The position numbers and the translations under genes were made by a program. The notes under the pieces were generated by a model. The model saw nothing but the letters and a program-made list of their open reading frames with translations. It was not told where the DNA came from and did not search any database. A stretch of DNA of 63,987 nucleotides, filler included, from Mitosporidium daphniae (lineage: Eukaryota), in the NCBI RefSeq assembly GCF_000760515.2. It is 26 parts of 26 records of this genome, joined end to end, with 100 filler letters (N's around TTAATTAATTAA, not from the genome) between each part and the next. Parts side by side here need not be neighbours in the genome. Positions count along the whole stretch, not along the records: positions 32,887 to 35,347 come from NW_013546552.1; positions 35,448 to 37,799 come from NW_013546551.1; positions 37,900 to 40,234 come from NW_013546550.1; positions 40,335 to 42,640 come from NW_013546549.1; positions 42,741 to 45,029 come from NW_013546548.1; positions 45,130 to 47,414 come from NW_013546547.1; 20 more parts are not named here. One strand, written 5' to 3'. Positions 32,887-45,373 of this stretch are shown here, piece after piece. How positions within the stretch are numbered: position 1 is the first letter of the stretch; every line of letters begins with the position of its first letter.

Positions 32887-35347
32887 ATCCTGGAGCTTTA
32901 TTGTGATTATGAGGCGATGTCTTGATACTTTCAATTACGACCTGCTTGAAAAAAACCTTCAGAGTGTCGTCATTTTCGTATATCTTTTCCCTGAAATGGT
33001 TGAAACACTCTGCAAAAGATGATTTGGTTTCCATTTTGATTTCTTCTAGCTCGTCATAATCACAATAAAGCTCCAGGATAGAATAAATCTTTTCCTCAGT
33101 AAAGAATAAAGGAGGTCCGCTCAGATCTTTCATCTCGTTTTCAAGGTAAAACTTGAGCGAAATCGCAATCAGAAACAGATAGTTTCCAAAGCTGCTTCCC
33201 TCCCTCGGTGTATTTGCCATCGAATATGGGATTGGATATGGAACCGGGGACTCCATAGATGCTCCATACCCCACATTTCGGACCTTTTTCCAGCAATCGA
33301 CAAAAAGGTGATCAACGATCAACGCGCGAGTTTTCTTTCTCGTCTTTCTCAAAATCTTCTCAAGCACCTTGTTCAATGTATCTTTGAAGGACACGGCAGT
33401 AGACTGCGTAAGAGGCTCCTTGATCTCAAAAATGGTGATCGGGGCTCCAGTTTGCGATTCGAATACCTTTTTGTGTCTCAAAAACAGGAAACACTCAATA
33501 AGCACATCAATGACTTTCCAGTCCTTTTGATCGGCCTCATTGGTGTCAAAGTTGTACAAAACGGAAACATCCATGATTTCGTCTGCTTCGTCGAGCACAA
33601 ATATCGAGTAGTGCTCAATGAAATGCAAGATCCCCAAAACCCAATCAAGAGACCTTTTTGACGCCTCCGTGTTTTGCAAAAGCAGTTCCTTCCTAGCATT
33701 CAGCAGGCATTGGATGCTGTTCATCGAAGACACGAACACATCGCCGCGATCATAGGCCATTGTAAGGCGATAGTACAGATAGCGCAGATATGGTCCGCTG
33801 TATCCATAAGGCGATCGTTCTGATTTGAATTCGAAAACGCTTTTCCCGAAAAAATCAAAAAGCCACTGCCGCAGTTGCATAATGTTCTGATTGAAGATGG
33901 AATTGGGGAAAATAAAGATTGGCAGTTTCCTTAAAATGGAAGTTGCTACAATTGCGGCAGCGGGACCGAAACGCGTGGTCTTTCCGCCAGCAATTCCCTC
34001 TTGCAGGACATATGACCTTCCATCTATCATTTTGTTTAAAATGGTGGACATAATTGTCTTCTGTTCTTCATACAAGGGAGATCCAGTAAAAAACTCAATG
34101 AGAATGAAAACTTTGTCGTGCACCGTGACAAGTAATGGTTCACTAGGCGAAGATCTTTTTTTTTTTGAGTAAAAGCTTCTTTTTTTTCGGCCTGAGCCAC
34201 GCAAAAAGGAGTTTTTTTCAAAAGGGGAGACTCGCAATAAAAGGTTGTAATGAAATGGGACCACAAAAGATCAAGCAACTCTGGGATTTTTTCGTCATTA
34301 ACTATAAAAAAAGTCCAGAGTTCCTTAATGGACCCACAGAGCAATATTTGAGCAAGAAGCTTTGGATCTTTTAAGGCTTTCAGGGGAAACCCAGAAAAAA
34401 GCTCATCAATGGACACGATTGATTTCAATTTCTCTTGAAAAAAAGCTGCATCACTAAAGAGCATAAAATGCGCATCTGATGTGAAAAGATCGGATGAAAG
34501 AGTTTTTCTTTGCATGGCTATGATTAGGAGACTGTCATAGCCTATAGGAGACAATTCGAGCGGTTTAGCAATCCTTTTCGATTCATCATAAGAGGGAGGC
34601 GACACGAATCCCATCTTTTTTTCATAAATATTGAGCACTTCTTCAGGGAATCTTTTTTTTTTCAAGTCAGAAAAAAAAGTTGCCAGATTTTGATCATCTA
34701 ACGTATTGAATACCACGAAAATGATATGAAATAAGCAAACAAATTGATATTCATCGCTATTCTCATCCATTTCAAGATAAAATCGTATAAAATCAAGATA
34801 ATGAGAATTAAATTTATCCACAAAATCATCTAAACGTTCGGATGATCCAGCTAAGTCGTATAAAAAAGAGATACCACTGGGAAACCCAAGAAGTTTAAAA
34901 TTACTCCAATGAGTCAGTTCTAATTTCGAAGGTGTATCATAAAGCAACATGAATTCCGCATTTTTAATATCATTCTCGAGTATTTCGATGTTTGGTTGCA
35001 GATCTTTTGATTTTCCAAGAAAAAAATTGATTTTAAAACTGCTAGAATATGCCGAAAGATATTTATCTTCATCGATGTTAGGAAAAAAAGATAAAAGGAG
35101 CCTTTTATATTTGAATGGAATAACATGAATCAAATTCGCAATGTTGGTGATTTTTTGAGCCCGATCATCTTCATTTAAGAAGCCCTTGAAAAGGATGTCA
35201 TTTTCATCAACGAGATTGTTTGCCCAGACTTCTATCACAACATACTCAAGATCACGGTATTCGATTTCGAGGATATTTTGCAAAATAACCAATTCAATCT
35301 CAGTGAGTTCTAAAAAAATGCTCTTAAAATCACAAACATTGCGAATT
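32887..35347 (-). CDS. Giant-protein family member (DUF3638/DUF3645-like), frameshifted at an A11 run (34156-34166)
   Basis: ORFs 34036-35292 and 32831-34264 align in succession to 14180-16870; QEGIAGGKTT, VLDEADE, PIPYSMANTP. Confidence 0.85.
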
Positions 35348-35447
35348 NNNNNNNNNNNNNNNNNNNNNNNNNNNNNNNNNNNNNNNNNNNNTTAATTAAT
35401 TAANNNNNNNNNNNNNNNNNNNNNNNNNNNNNNNNNNNNNNNNNNNN

Positions 35448-36521
35448 GAGCCATTTTAAATGGCACCATATTCAGGGAGCCCATTTTGATTGACTCTATC
35501 CCGCGTCTGATTCCGAACTGGAAAGAGCCCATTATCGTTGGGAGACACGGATTTGGCGATCAGGTTTGGCTGTCCAGCGTTCATCGGTATGTAGTACCAA
35601 GCGGCCGAAATTCTATTTGAAAGGCCTGGAAAAATCGAGCTTGTGTATACTGCTCACTCTGGCCGTGAAGAAAGATTGGAAGTGTGCAATTTGGCGTCCT
35701 CTGCCGACACGCAAACAGCCGTGGCCATGGCCATGTTTAACACGACAGAGGTATTTAGAGACCGCCCATTGTAGAGCATCACGGGATTTGCGCACAGTTG
35801 CTTCCAGTATGCACTGTTGAAAAAATACCCGCTGTTTTTATCGACAAAAAATACGATTCTGAAAGTCTATGATAATGCCTTCAAGTCCGTGTTTGAGACG
35901 CTGTATCACGCCAAATATAAGGCCCTGTTTGACGCAAAGGGGATATCCTTCGAGCATAGGCTTATTGATGACATGGTTGCCCAGTGTGTCAAGGGGAGCG
36001 GTGGCTTTCTTTGGGCTTGCAAGAACTACGATGGAGACGTGCAGTCTGATATCGTTGCTCAGGGTATGCATGTCTTTTAATTCAAAGGATTCGGATCGCT
36101 AGGCTTGATGTCATCCGTCCTATATGATCCCACCGGCGATATCTGCGAATCTGAAGCTGCACATGGCACCGTTACTCGCCATTATCGCGAGCACATGAAG
36201 GTAATCTCGCATTGCATTGACCCGTTGTCTTAGGGAAGGGAGACAAGCACAAATAGCGTTGCAAGTATCTTTGCTTGGACGCGGGGGCTTTCCCATCGAG
36301 CTAAACTGGATTCAAACGAAGAATTGGCTGCCTTTTGCAATGCCCTCGAAAAGGCTACCATCGACACCATCCAAGTTGACCGCAAAATGACCAAGGACCT
36401 GGCCATCTGTATTCATGGGAATACCGTCTCCACCAATCAATATTGCAATACTTGGGAATTCATCGATAGCGTTGCTGCCAGGCTCAGAGCGGTCTGCGAA
36501 TGGACCTCTTCCCATCTTTAA
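35448..36521 (+). CDS. NADP-dependent isocitrate dehydrogenase, 5' truncated, four short introns
   Basis: [74 protein letters not shown]. Confidence 0.96.
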
Positions 36522-36554
36522 TACTTAAAAGCCCTTTTAATGATTAATTTAGTG

Positions 36555-37288
36555 TTAAATGATCCCCCAAAGCTCCTCCCAGGCACAGCAGACTTTGCCG
36601 CATGCTACGGATGCGGATAGCGGGTAGTTAGATATGCTGATTTTTTTTTCCGCAAATTCAAAATCATCAGAGCCATGTGCCATGGCTCCTATAAACACAA
36701 CGGTCGGCTTGTCTTTGGCAATTTCCGAACATTCGCTTGATATCCAATTTCGGATGTTAACTGCTGCTTTTGCGTCGTCGCCAGACAGCCCGATTCTCAC
36801 CGCTCCAAGGGGGAGGTGATCTGTAATTGGATTTTTGATCACAGACAACAGACGTTCCCCGGCAGAAGATTTAATTGAAAGCTTTTCGAGCAGTTGGACT
36901 AGACAATTAAAAAATGTCGTACCAAAAAGGCCCGCAAATCTGGGGAACGTTCTAGGCAGTCGAATGTGCGGGTGTACCTCTATAAGCACATTTGAACGTG
37001 TATGTACAAATACTTGCAAAAGCCCGGCCTTGTTTAGGGGCGAGTCTAAAAGGGTTAAAAGACACTAAAGAGGTAAAATGCAGCCGGGAATACCTGATGC
37101 ACAATGTCTGGGCGAAATTCGTTCGGGTCCCTTTGCTGACGACGGAGAAGATTTGAATGATCATCGCAATTGAGAAGCTGCATGCGCGCATCTCTTGATT
37201 TTCCAACCCTGATGATTTCAAGAGGACAAAACTCTAAAACCACGATCAGGCGTTTACGTGTCTCTTTTTTTTCCAATCCAGAAGACAT
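36555..37288 (-). CDS. EMG1: 18S rRNA pseudouridine methyltransferase Emg1/Nep1 (introns 37065-37093, 36899-36922)
   Basis: LLNCDDH, RPDIVHQ|CLLTLLDSPLNKAG, IRLPRTFPRFAGL, IGAMAHG, ISISNYPLSASVAC. Confidence 0.96.
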
Positions 37289-37375
37289 TAAAAATAGACA
37301 AAAAATCCAAATTTAAAATAAAAATAAAAAAAATCCAAAATCCAAAATTAAAATTAAATTAAAAAACTTCAACGT

Positions 37376-37799
37376 TTAATGCTCGAGTTGAGCCTTGAGG
37401 GAATTAATTTCGGCAATCAATTGATCCTCCCTTATCTGGGCGGGTAGTCTCATAAATTGCTTGAGGACATCATCGTTGATTTTTGCCCTTGCATTTTGAA
37501 AGTTAAGAACAAATTCAGACACCACCTCAATGCAACGTGCTTTGAGCTCGCCAGTAAGCAGAGATCCAGATCGATATTCCTACACGGTTATTGCATGCAC
37601 TATCAATACTTTGCCCAATTTTTCCAACTCCACATCGTCGGTGTGCAAAAATCGAAGGTACTGGTAGGCGACATCGACGTCAGTATTTCCGCCCAATTGG
37701 CGATGCGTGTCGATATCGACCTGGCCTCCAGAAAAGGCATACTTGTTGATCTTCGTTTTCACCAAAGAGGGCGAGTCATTTAAAAAGATCGCTGAGGCA
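37376..37799 (-). CDS. WRS1: Cytosolic tryptophanyl-tRNA synthetase, C-terminal part (intron 37580-37609)
   Basis: SAIFLND...KINKYAFSGG...GGNTDVDVAYQYLRF...|EYRSGSLLTGELK. Confidence 0.93.
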
Positions 37800-37899
37800 N
37801 NNNNNNNNNNNNNNNNNNNNNNNNNNNNNNNNNNNNNNNNNNNTTAATTAATTAANNNNNNNNNNNNNNNNNNNNNNNNNNNNNNNNNNNNNNNNNNNN

Positions 37900-38953
37900 A
37901 CCGCACATTCGTTTCGCGTGGATCTGCCATTGGGGTCTTCAAAACAACAGACACCAACGGAATCTCTTTCGAGACTACAATCACATCCGTAAAGTCCCCC
38001 TCGGATAAAAAATTGTTTTCGCCCACAAAGCTGATGTTGCATGATAACGATTCAAGTCTGATTTTGATGAGGCCAAACGATGAGCACTCGCTTTATAAAA
38101 TGGATCTTGAACGCGGCGAGGTGGTAGAAGAGTGGAAGATTGATGCAGACGCCACCGTTACAAATATAGTCCCCGATTCAAAATATGCTCAAATGACTGC
38201 GTGTCAAACTTTGATTGGAATGAATCATAACTCGATCTTTAGAATTGACCCGAGATTGTCTGGGACCAAGAGGGTCGAATCCGAATCCAAGCAATATGTC
38301 GTCAAAAATGATTTCTCTTGCGGCGCAACCACCGCGTCGGGAGAGCTGGCCGTTGCCAGTCTAAAGGGCGACATACGCCTTTTCAACAAGCTGGATAAAC
38401 GAGCCAAAACGCTTCTTCCAGGCTTTGGCGGTATGATTTCAATGGCCTATTAATTAATTTAGACCCCATCCTGGGAATAGATACAACAGATGATGGAAAA
38501 GCCATTTTGGCGACGTGCAAAAACTACATCCTGCTCATCAATACAGATCTGGCGGATGGAAAGAACACCGGATTTACCAAGTCACTTGGCTCCGAAAAAC
38601 CGGTGCCCATCCGGCTCCAATTGAAGCCAGAGCATGTAGCATATATGGGTGTGAAATCGGTTGCGTTTACGGAAGCCCATTTTTCAACGGGCGAGGCTGC
38701 AGATCGTTCTATTGTTGCAAGCACCGGCCCCTACGTGATCACTTGGAGCATGAAGGCAATCAGACAAGGGAAGCTATACGACTATTCTATTAGAAAATAC
38801 TCCGATACGGTGGTCGCAGATAACTTTAAATATGGGCAGGATAGGAATATAATCGTCACACTTCCGGATCAAGTTTCGATGATCTCTAAAAGCTCTCTTT
38901 TTTCCCCAAAAAAGCTGCGATCTGTAAATGGGATAGTTGATTCTCCCTTTTAA
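37900..38953 (+). CDS. VID27: Vid27 family protein, C-terminal beta-propeller, 5' truncated (intron 38431-38462)
   Basis: FSPTKLMLH, LYKMDLERGEVVEEW, IFRIDPRL, GDIRLFNKL..RAKTLLPGFG|DPILGID, RLQLKPEH, DNFKYG. Confidence 0.92.
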
Positions 38954-39026
38954 AATGAGAACTGTCAATTTTGCCACTTGACGGCGAATAAACCTTAATT
39001 TTCAATTTAGGCAAATTATTAATTTA

Positions 39027-40234
39027 ATGGACAGGGATGAGGCACCCGCGGCAACCTCTCTTCTGTATCTAACATCGCTGGTTGATGAATCTTTTGAGAC
39101 ATCTTCGTTTAGACCATATTGCTATTTGTTAGAAATAGATAATACGAAAATTCTTCTTGACGGCGGTGTTAGCATTTCCTCGAGCGGGGTAGTTCTCGGC
39201 TCGACCCTTCAATCCTTTAAAACCCTTTTGAAAGATGTTTCTCTTGTACTTTGTTCCCATGCTTCCGTGGAATTTATAGGCGGTCTACCATTAATTTTGC
39301 CGATGCTTCCAGCCAGCGCCCCTATCTATATGACCCTAGCCACCCAATGTATGGCCAGAATACTGTTTTCCGACCTTCAATCATCAATTTTTGTCAAAGA
39401 GCATGATGAAAAAAAAGACGAAAACGAGCCTGCATCTTTGGTGAGAGTATCACACTCGCAATTGTATCCTCCACATGCCATTGAGCATTTGTTTAAGCGA
39501 ATTGTAACTCTACGATATTCTCAATCTTTTACCATTGAGAACATCATCATATCTCCATTTGCAGCAGGGGCGTCGCTTGGCGGTGCATATTGGCGCATTA
39601 GAAAGGGAACCGATGACATCATTTATGCGGTTGGCATCAGCACTAAAAGAGAAAGGTTTGTTAACGCCATAATGTGTTTAGGCATTTGGATTCCTGCTTT
39701 TTGGCAGCCAATTCGTCGGGAAGGCCTTCTTTATTTATTACCGATTCAGATCTTGCATTAACGGTGTTACCGTCTAGGAAATCAAGAGATACAGAATTGG
39801 TTGAAATGATCTCTTTACATCTGAAAGCAAATCCGTCTGGAGATATCCTTGTCATTTGCCCGGCCGTGGGGAAAACGTTGGAGTTGATTTTGCTGCTTGA
39901 TGCGTACTGGCAGCTTTCAAAAGCCCCTGCTCAATTGATCATCACTGGCGTGGAGGCTTGCCGTCTTATTGATTTTGCTCAAAGCATGCTGGAATGGATG
40001 GGCGATTCCGTTTTAAAGGCATTTAGCACGACGAGGGAAAATCCCTTTGCCCTCAAACATGCCAAGTATGTCAGGGAGTTAGATCCTAAAGACCCATATG
40101 ATAAAAGTAGAAGGGTTGTTCTGCTAGCCACTGCGGATGAGCATCTGCAGTGCTCTTCATCTTATGGGCGCCAACTGTTCATGGAGCAATTCTCTAAAAA
40201 TCCGAAAAGCTTTGTAATTTTTACAAACAACAAC
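39027..40234 (+). CDS. CFT2: Cleavage and polyadenylation specificity factor subunit 2 (CPSF100/Cft2), 3' truncated (intron 39656-39681)
   Basis: CYLLEID..KILLDGG, LRYSQ, AGASLGGAYWRI.KGTDDIIYAV, ER|HLD, FAQSMLEWMGD, ENPF; degenerate metallo-beta-lactamase fold. Confidence 0.9.
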
Positions 40235-40343
40235 NNNNNNNNNNNNNNNNNNNNNNNNNNNNNNNNNNNNNNNNNNNNTTAATTAATTAANNNNNNNNNN
40301 NNNNNNNNNNNNNNNNNNNNNNNNNNNNNNNNNNAATTCTATT

Positions 40344-41847
40344 TTACTGGCTTCCAACAAAAGGAAGGTTATTATCTAAAGCAAGATTTTTGTTAATGAC
40401 CTTGTCTGCAAGGTTCAATTCTGCATTTCCATCATCAGCAGTGCTGAACGGACCATAAACAATATCTTTGTTTGAAGGCTGATAGATCTTTATGGAGACA
40501 TTTCCGCCTGCTAGATTTGTTGGAAGCCAGTTAAATAGAATTGAACCCGCTTGAGAAATATTGGTCGTCGCATTTGGAGAGTTAATTTTGAGGTGTTCAG
40601 CATAGCGAAGGATGAATGGAGACGATATGCCAGCACCAAAGTCTGAGCTTACAATAGCATGGTAAGTTCCGACTTCAAGATTCAACTCGGCAATATTAAC
40701 ATCATAAGATCCGGTGTTTTCAGCTATCTTCACAACTTTTTCACCTGTATTATTGTTGACCAGAGTGATCTGAACATCGGAAACAGATTCATCGAATGAT
40801 TCCCATTCAACACGCATTGCTTCCGTGTTGTTGAAAATAGATGATGCGGCATTTGGAGAAGAAACATCCAAGCCAGCATTGCTGTAAATATAAAGCTTCG
40901 AGAATCCATCCCCAATATCCGAATTAATACCAACGCTATATAGGCCTGGAGACAAGCCCATCGTAGTGAGATCAAGTGAGTAGGAGCCGCTGTTTTCGAC
41001 AGCCATTTTATCAACTTCTGTTTCACCTTTTTTGATGTAAAGAATAACTTCCTTTTGATATTCATCGTGTGGAGTCCAGGATACTGTGGTCTTGGGATCT
41101 GCAGAGGATATATTGTTTGGAGCAGCTGTGACTTCAAGTGATGTTGTCGTAACTTGAAAAATCTCGGAAACACCGCTGCCAATTGAAGAGTTGACAATGA
41201 CCTGATACGCACCGGGGGCGTAATCACCAGCCAACTCGAAAGGGCCATTATCATCGATATTAACTGCGATCTCGGTAACTTTTTTAGTTGAAAGACGAAT
41301 GATGGAAATATTTGCGAGACCCAGGGTATTAATTGGTTTCCAAGTAATGGCAATAGCAGTTCGAGGAGCTAAGCTTGCCTTGTCGAGGTCAACCTTAAGG
41401 TCGTCTTTAGAAAGGATAGTAAAAGTTTCTGATATGCCAGAACCAAATTGATTGGCGACACTGATAGTGAAGTATCCAGGATCATTGTCCGGCAGCCCTA
41501 AATCACTCAACAGTTGCAGCACCATTATTTAGAACACTTATTACAGTGTAATCAAGAGTTGAATCTTTTAAGCTGGTGAGACTAATCTTAGCCTCTTCTC
41601 CATCAATATAGGTGAGATCCCAAGTTATAGAAACACTAGAGTTGGGATAAATGGGATTAGTGGCATCAACTTTCACAGAAAGGCCGGTTTTTGAGTAAAT
41701 AACAAATGGGACGGAAGTTCCATTTGAAACAGAAAAGATGATATCTGCTACGTAAACACCAGAATTTACTAAATCTGGAGCAACAAATGCTGTAGTAAGA
41801 GAAAAGCAAACGAATGCAAGAATAGAGAAAATGTTCTTCGATATCAT
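40344..41847 (-). pseudogene. Secreted protein with ~4-5 tandem Ig-like beta-sandwich repeats, split by a frameshift near 41505-41520 (pseudogene or sequencing error)
   Basis: Signal peptide MISKNIFSILAFVCFSLTTA; ~95-aa repeats with ITW/VSW/VEW, N.G.Y, G.Y, G.G.S..F; the frame changes between NNGAATVE and SDLGLP. Confidence 0.7.
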
Positions 41848-42740
41848 AAAGCGATGACTACTGGCAATAGAAACGGCATATTTATAGCCATAATGTCCTT
41901 TATTTGTTTTTAGCTAAAGAAATAAACAGATTCTTATACATACAGAAAAATCACAAACAAAACAAAGAAACAACGAGATTGCCAAACAGAGCCGATTTCA
42001 AGATGTTATGAGCAAATAATCTGTTGACTGTTTTCAAACCCTAGTTGATCATGAGTAAACTCCGACACATCTCTGGTTTTGCATAAAAATTGTAACCCTA
42101 TACAAGACATAGTGACGATGCCTTATTTCACGCCCTTTTCGATGTGCTTTATATTTGCTTAATATAATTTATTGGACAAACGAACAGTTTTGGATGCAAT
42201 CAAACACGCAAACAGCAGCCTATAGGTGTAAGTCTGCTCAAAAAAATCAAGAATCATCAACTCATTTGAAACACGGATTTCAAAGTCATCATCACAGCNA
42301 TTGTANACGCGGTAACGTACCTCTACAACGATAAATAAGCAATGCAAAATAATGCCAAAATAATGGGTGTCATCCACCCATAAATGCCAGAAAAGAGCCT
42401 ACCCTTTTCGGCATGAGCAATGAAATCCTCTCCATTCGCTGGAAATGCCTTGCGTTGGCTTCGGTTGCTAACAATCCTAAAAATCAGAAGGTTTCAGTCG
42501 GTGGTGCATGTTTTGTAATCACAAGGCATCATCAAAATAATGGAAGTGTGCATCATAAACATTCTTACCTGCTTGCATCCCGATAAACACACAATACACG
42601 AATGATGGATTAAATGCATCGAGCGTATGTCATCGTGGAGNNNNNNNNNNNNNNNNNNNNNNNNNNNNNNNNNNNNNNNNNNNNTTAATTAATTAANNNN
42701 NNNNNNNNNNNNNNNNNNNNNNNNNNNNNNNNNNNNNNNN

Positions 42741-43007
42741 AACAGAACGTTCTATCTCAGAGCCAACTTTGAAACTAAAAAACGAGTTATGTATATGTAA
42801 ATACCTATCAAGATCCTTCGCGGTGGAAGAAAGCNTTTTCGAAGGAAAAATAGGGAAGGTATGAATAGAAAGAACAAAAGCGAGACCAAATAATTCGACT
42901 TGATTTAAAACCTCATTATAGCCATCAGTATCCAAAGCGAAGGAAGCTGAAGTTAAGGATGTCAAAAGAACAAAAACAAGCAAATATTTTAGGCGGCTAG
43001 GATTCAT
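42741..43007 (-). CDS. 5' end of a secreted protein (MNPSRLKYLLVFVLLTSLTSASFA...), truncated
   Basis: Classical signal peptide; open to contig edge. Confidence 0.6.
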
Positions 43008-44649
43008 TAAAAAATCCAATGAGTCATCAACTCATATGTCTTAATTTTAGCGTGAACTAGCACAAAATTGCTTATTAAAATACAACGGGAAATTTAGGGT
43101 TGTAGTTATGTAAAATCTGAATGAAAAGCTCTCTTGACCTGCACCGCATGGCTAGAAACATTCTAGCCCCAAATCTATGCGCACAATTAAAGTTTGGCCC
43201 AAAATACGAGCTGAAAAGTGCTTCCCTAAAGCCAATATTTCCGAAAGAAAGCCATTTCTTGTCAGCGTGCGTATGTAAAAAGAATTGCAAAAGGCCTTTT
43301 AATCTTGATCCAAATGAACGTAATTTTTCTTTTCTAGCTGATGAGGCTAAGCTTGCAAAAAATGAGGCGGTAATTGGAATTATTAAAATGCCACAGAAAA
43401 TCAGATCGACCCTTTCTCTTCAAATCAATCGCTGCGTTTGAACTCTTTCACCTTCTGGTTGCAACATGTCTGCTCTCCACTACACTCACCACCGCAGCAT
43501 ATCTATCAAGTCGCCGTTAAGCACTTTCTATTCCCATTTGCCCACAATTTGTATACTTTGATTTGAGGTACTTTCTCTCGCCCTCCCAGTTGCAACCACC
43601 TACAGTTTGTGGATGCTTTATTAAACACACTTCGATATTGAACAAAAGGACCGCTNAGGTNACTTTAGATAAAACGGGGGTTNTTNTTTGTGCTNAATTT
43701 TNGATCATATTTCGTATAAAATCNGGCATCATAATATTTTTNCTACANANATCNNCAAGTATAGGCATTGCAAGAGANAATATAATCGCACTCGGAAATC
43801 AGGCGTTAAAGATTGGGGGTTTTTGTTGCAGCATCAAAAATTTCTCTGCAAAGCAGTTTTTGTAGAAATGTATGCACCTTGGTCGTGGTGTATGCAATAA
43901 TCGCTAGATTTGAAGAATTTTGATGCTTTCAAACTTGATTAGTAAGTTCTGCCAATCTAAAACTCGAGCATAGCGCTGATCGCTGCAGCTCCCGGCATGG
44001 GACCATTACCGATATGCAAATGGAAATCTTTGTTACGAATTAAGTGTTAAGTGTGATGTATTTATTGGCTAATCGTGATTTTGACAAACACATCGGGTTA
44101 AAATATATGTCAACTACCATCCCGAAATTAAACCTACTTTTAATCGACTTCTAACCCTTTCATTGAGCAATGTAGGAATTTGTGAGACATTCATATTAAA
44201 GAAGCCAAAAACCATATCCTCATACCAGTCAGCTTCGAAAGATCACTTTATCCTTTCTATTTCTTTTCTTTTGATNATCATTCATCTTTGTCATGTGTGT
44301 CTGTGCGTAGCTCGTAAATAGCTCCTGTAGGGGCTAGAGATGCCTTAAATGTTTATTTAAGAGACTTTTTTCCAGAATCTTCAACCATGCTTTGAACCTT
44401 CGGATAGATCTGAGGTGTTCAAGAAGGTAATNCNTNCCGAGAAAGTTTCATGGAGAAAGTAAAAAAACGATGGCAAAGCATATGCTGAGAAGGTTTTAGA
44501 TGAATAAGCGCTTCCAATAACCATCGGTTAGCCGGTTTTCCTTGTGGATAAAAAATATGCCCAAAGAGCACCCTAGCTAAAAAAGGAGAGGATAGCAATA
44601 AGTCTGTCTTTGTGCTTCGTTCGGAAGCAAGTGGCAGTCGGTTAGGGCT

Positions 44650-44920
44650 ATATTAAACAAGCAGTCTGATTTTTTGGTACAGTTTTCTATTGAATAGTCA
44701 TCGGTGTCCCCACTTAACGTTCATAAATATTGTAAGCTTGAAGCAACCTCTTATGGCATTCATTAATGCATCGATGGATTTAAAAAATATTTCTAGCCAA
44801 TAAATGTGCAGAGTATTTTCAATTTGGGCCAATATTTATGGGATGATAACTTTAAGAACTTTGACGATCGTCGAGTCGGAGGGCCAAATTTGAAAGCTAT
44901 TTTGACGAATTGAAGGGAAT
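44650..44920 (+). repeat. Dispersed repeat or degenerate gene fragment, homologous to 48445-48715 (-)
   Basis: Shared blocks acaagcag.ctgattttttggtac.gttttctattgaa, aatttgggccaa.atttatgg, gggccaaatttga.agctattttgacgaattgaaggg. Confidence 0.8.
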
Positions 44921-45129
44921 GTATGGTGCATAGCCATAGTTATCCCATTCCATTAATGCATGTCTACAACGACCAGCATAGGCTTAAATTACTGACCCAA
45001 AATTGGGAGGATCTTCGTATCAAATAATGNNNNNNNNNNNNNNNNNNNNNNNNNNNNNNNNNNNNNNNNNNNNTTAATTAATTAANNNNNNNNNNNNNNN
45101 NNNNNNNNNNNNNNNNNNNNNNNNNNNNN

Positions 45130-45373
45130 CTGTGGTTTTGTTGATGTCTTTTTAAGCAACTGAATTAGAGGTACGTCGTCATCGGCGTCATATCGAAAAG
45201 TTTCTGAGATAGAAAGAGATTGAGTGTCAATAATAGTAGAAGCATCAAGATCTGTCACTCTTTTTGTTGTAGATAGCGTGCTTACTTTCTCAGTAACAGA
45301 TATAATCTGAGGGTCTTCAGGCCGATGCAAAGGCATTGGGTTATCGCTATGGAGGGGGACATGTGAGGCCATA
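45130..45373 (-). CDS. 5' end of a hypothetical gene (MASHVPLHSDNP...), truncated
   Basis: ATG after an AT-rich aaattt tract; DDDVPLIQL low-complexity motif; open to edge; start approximate. Confidence 0.55.
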
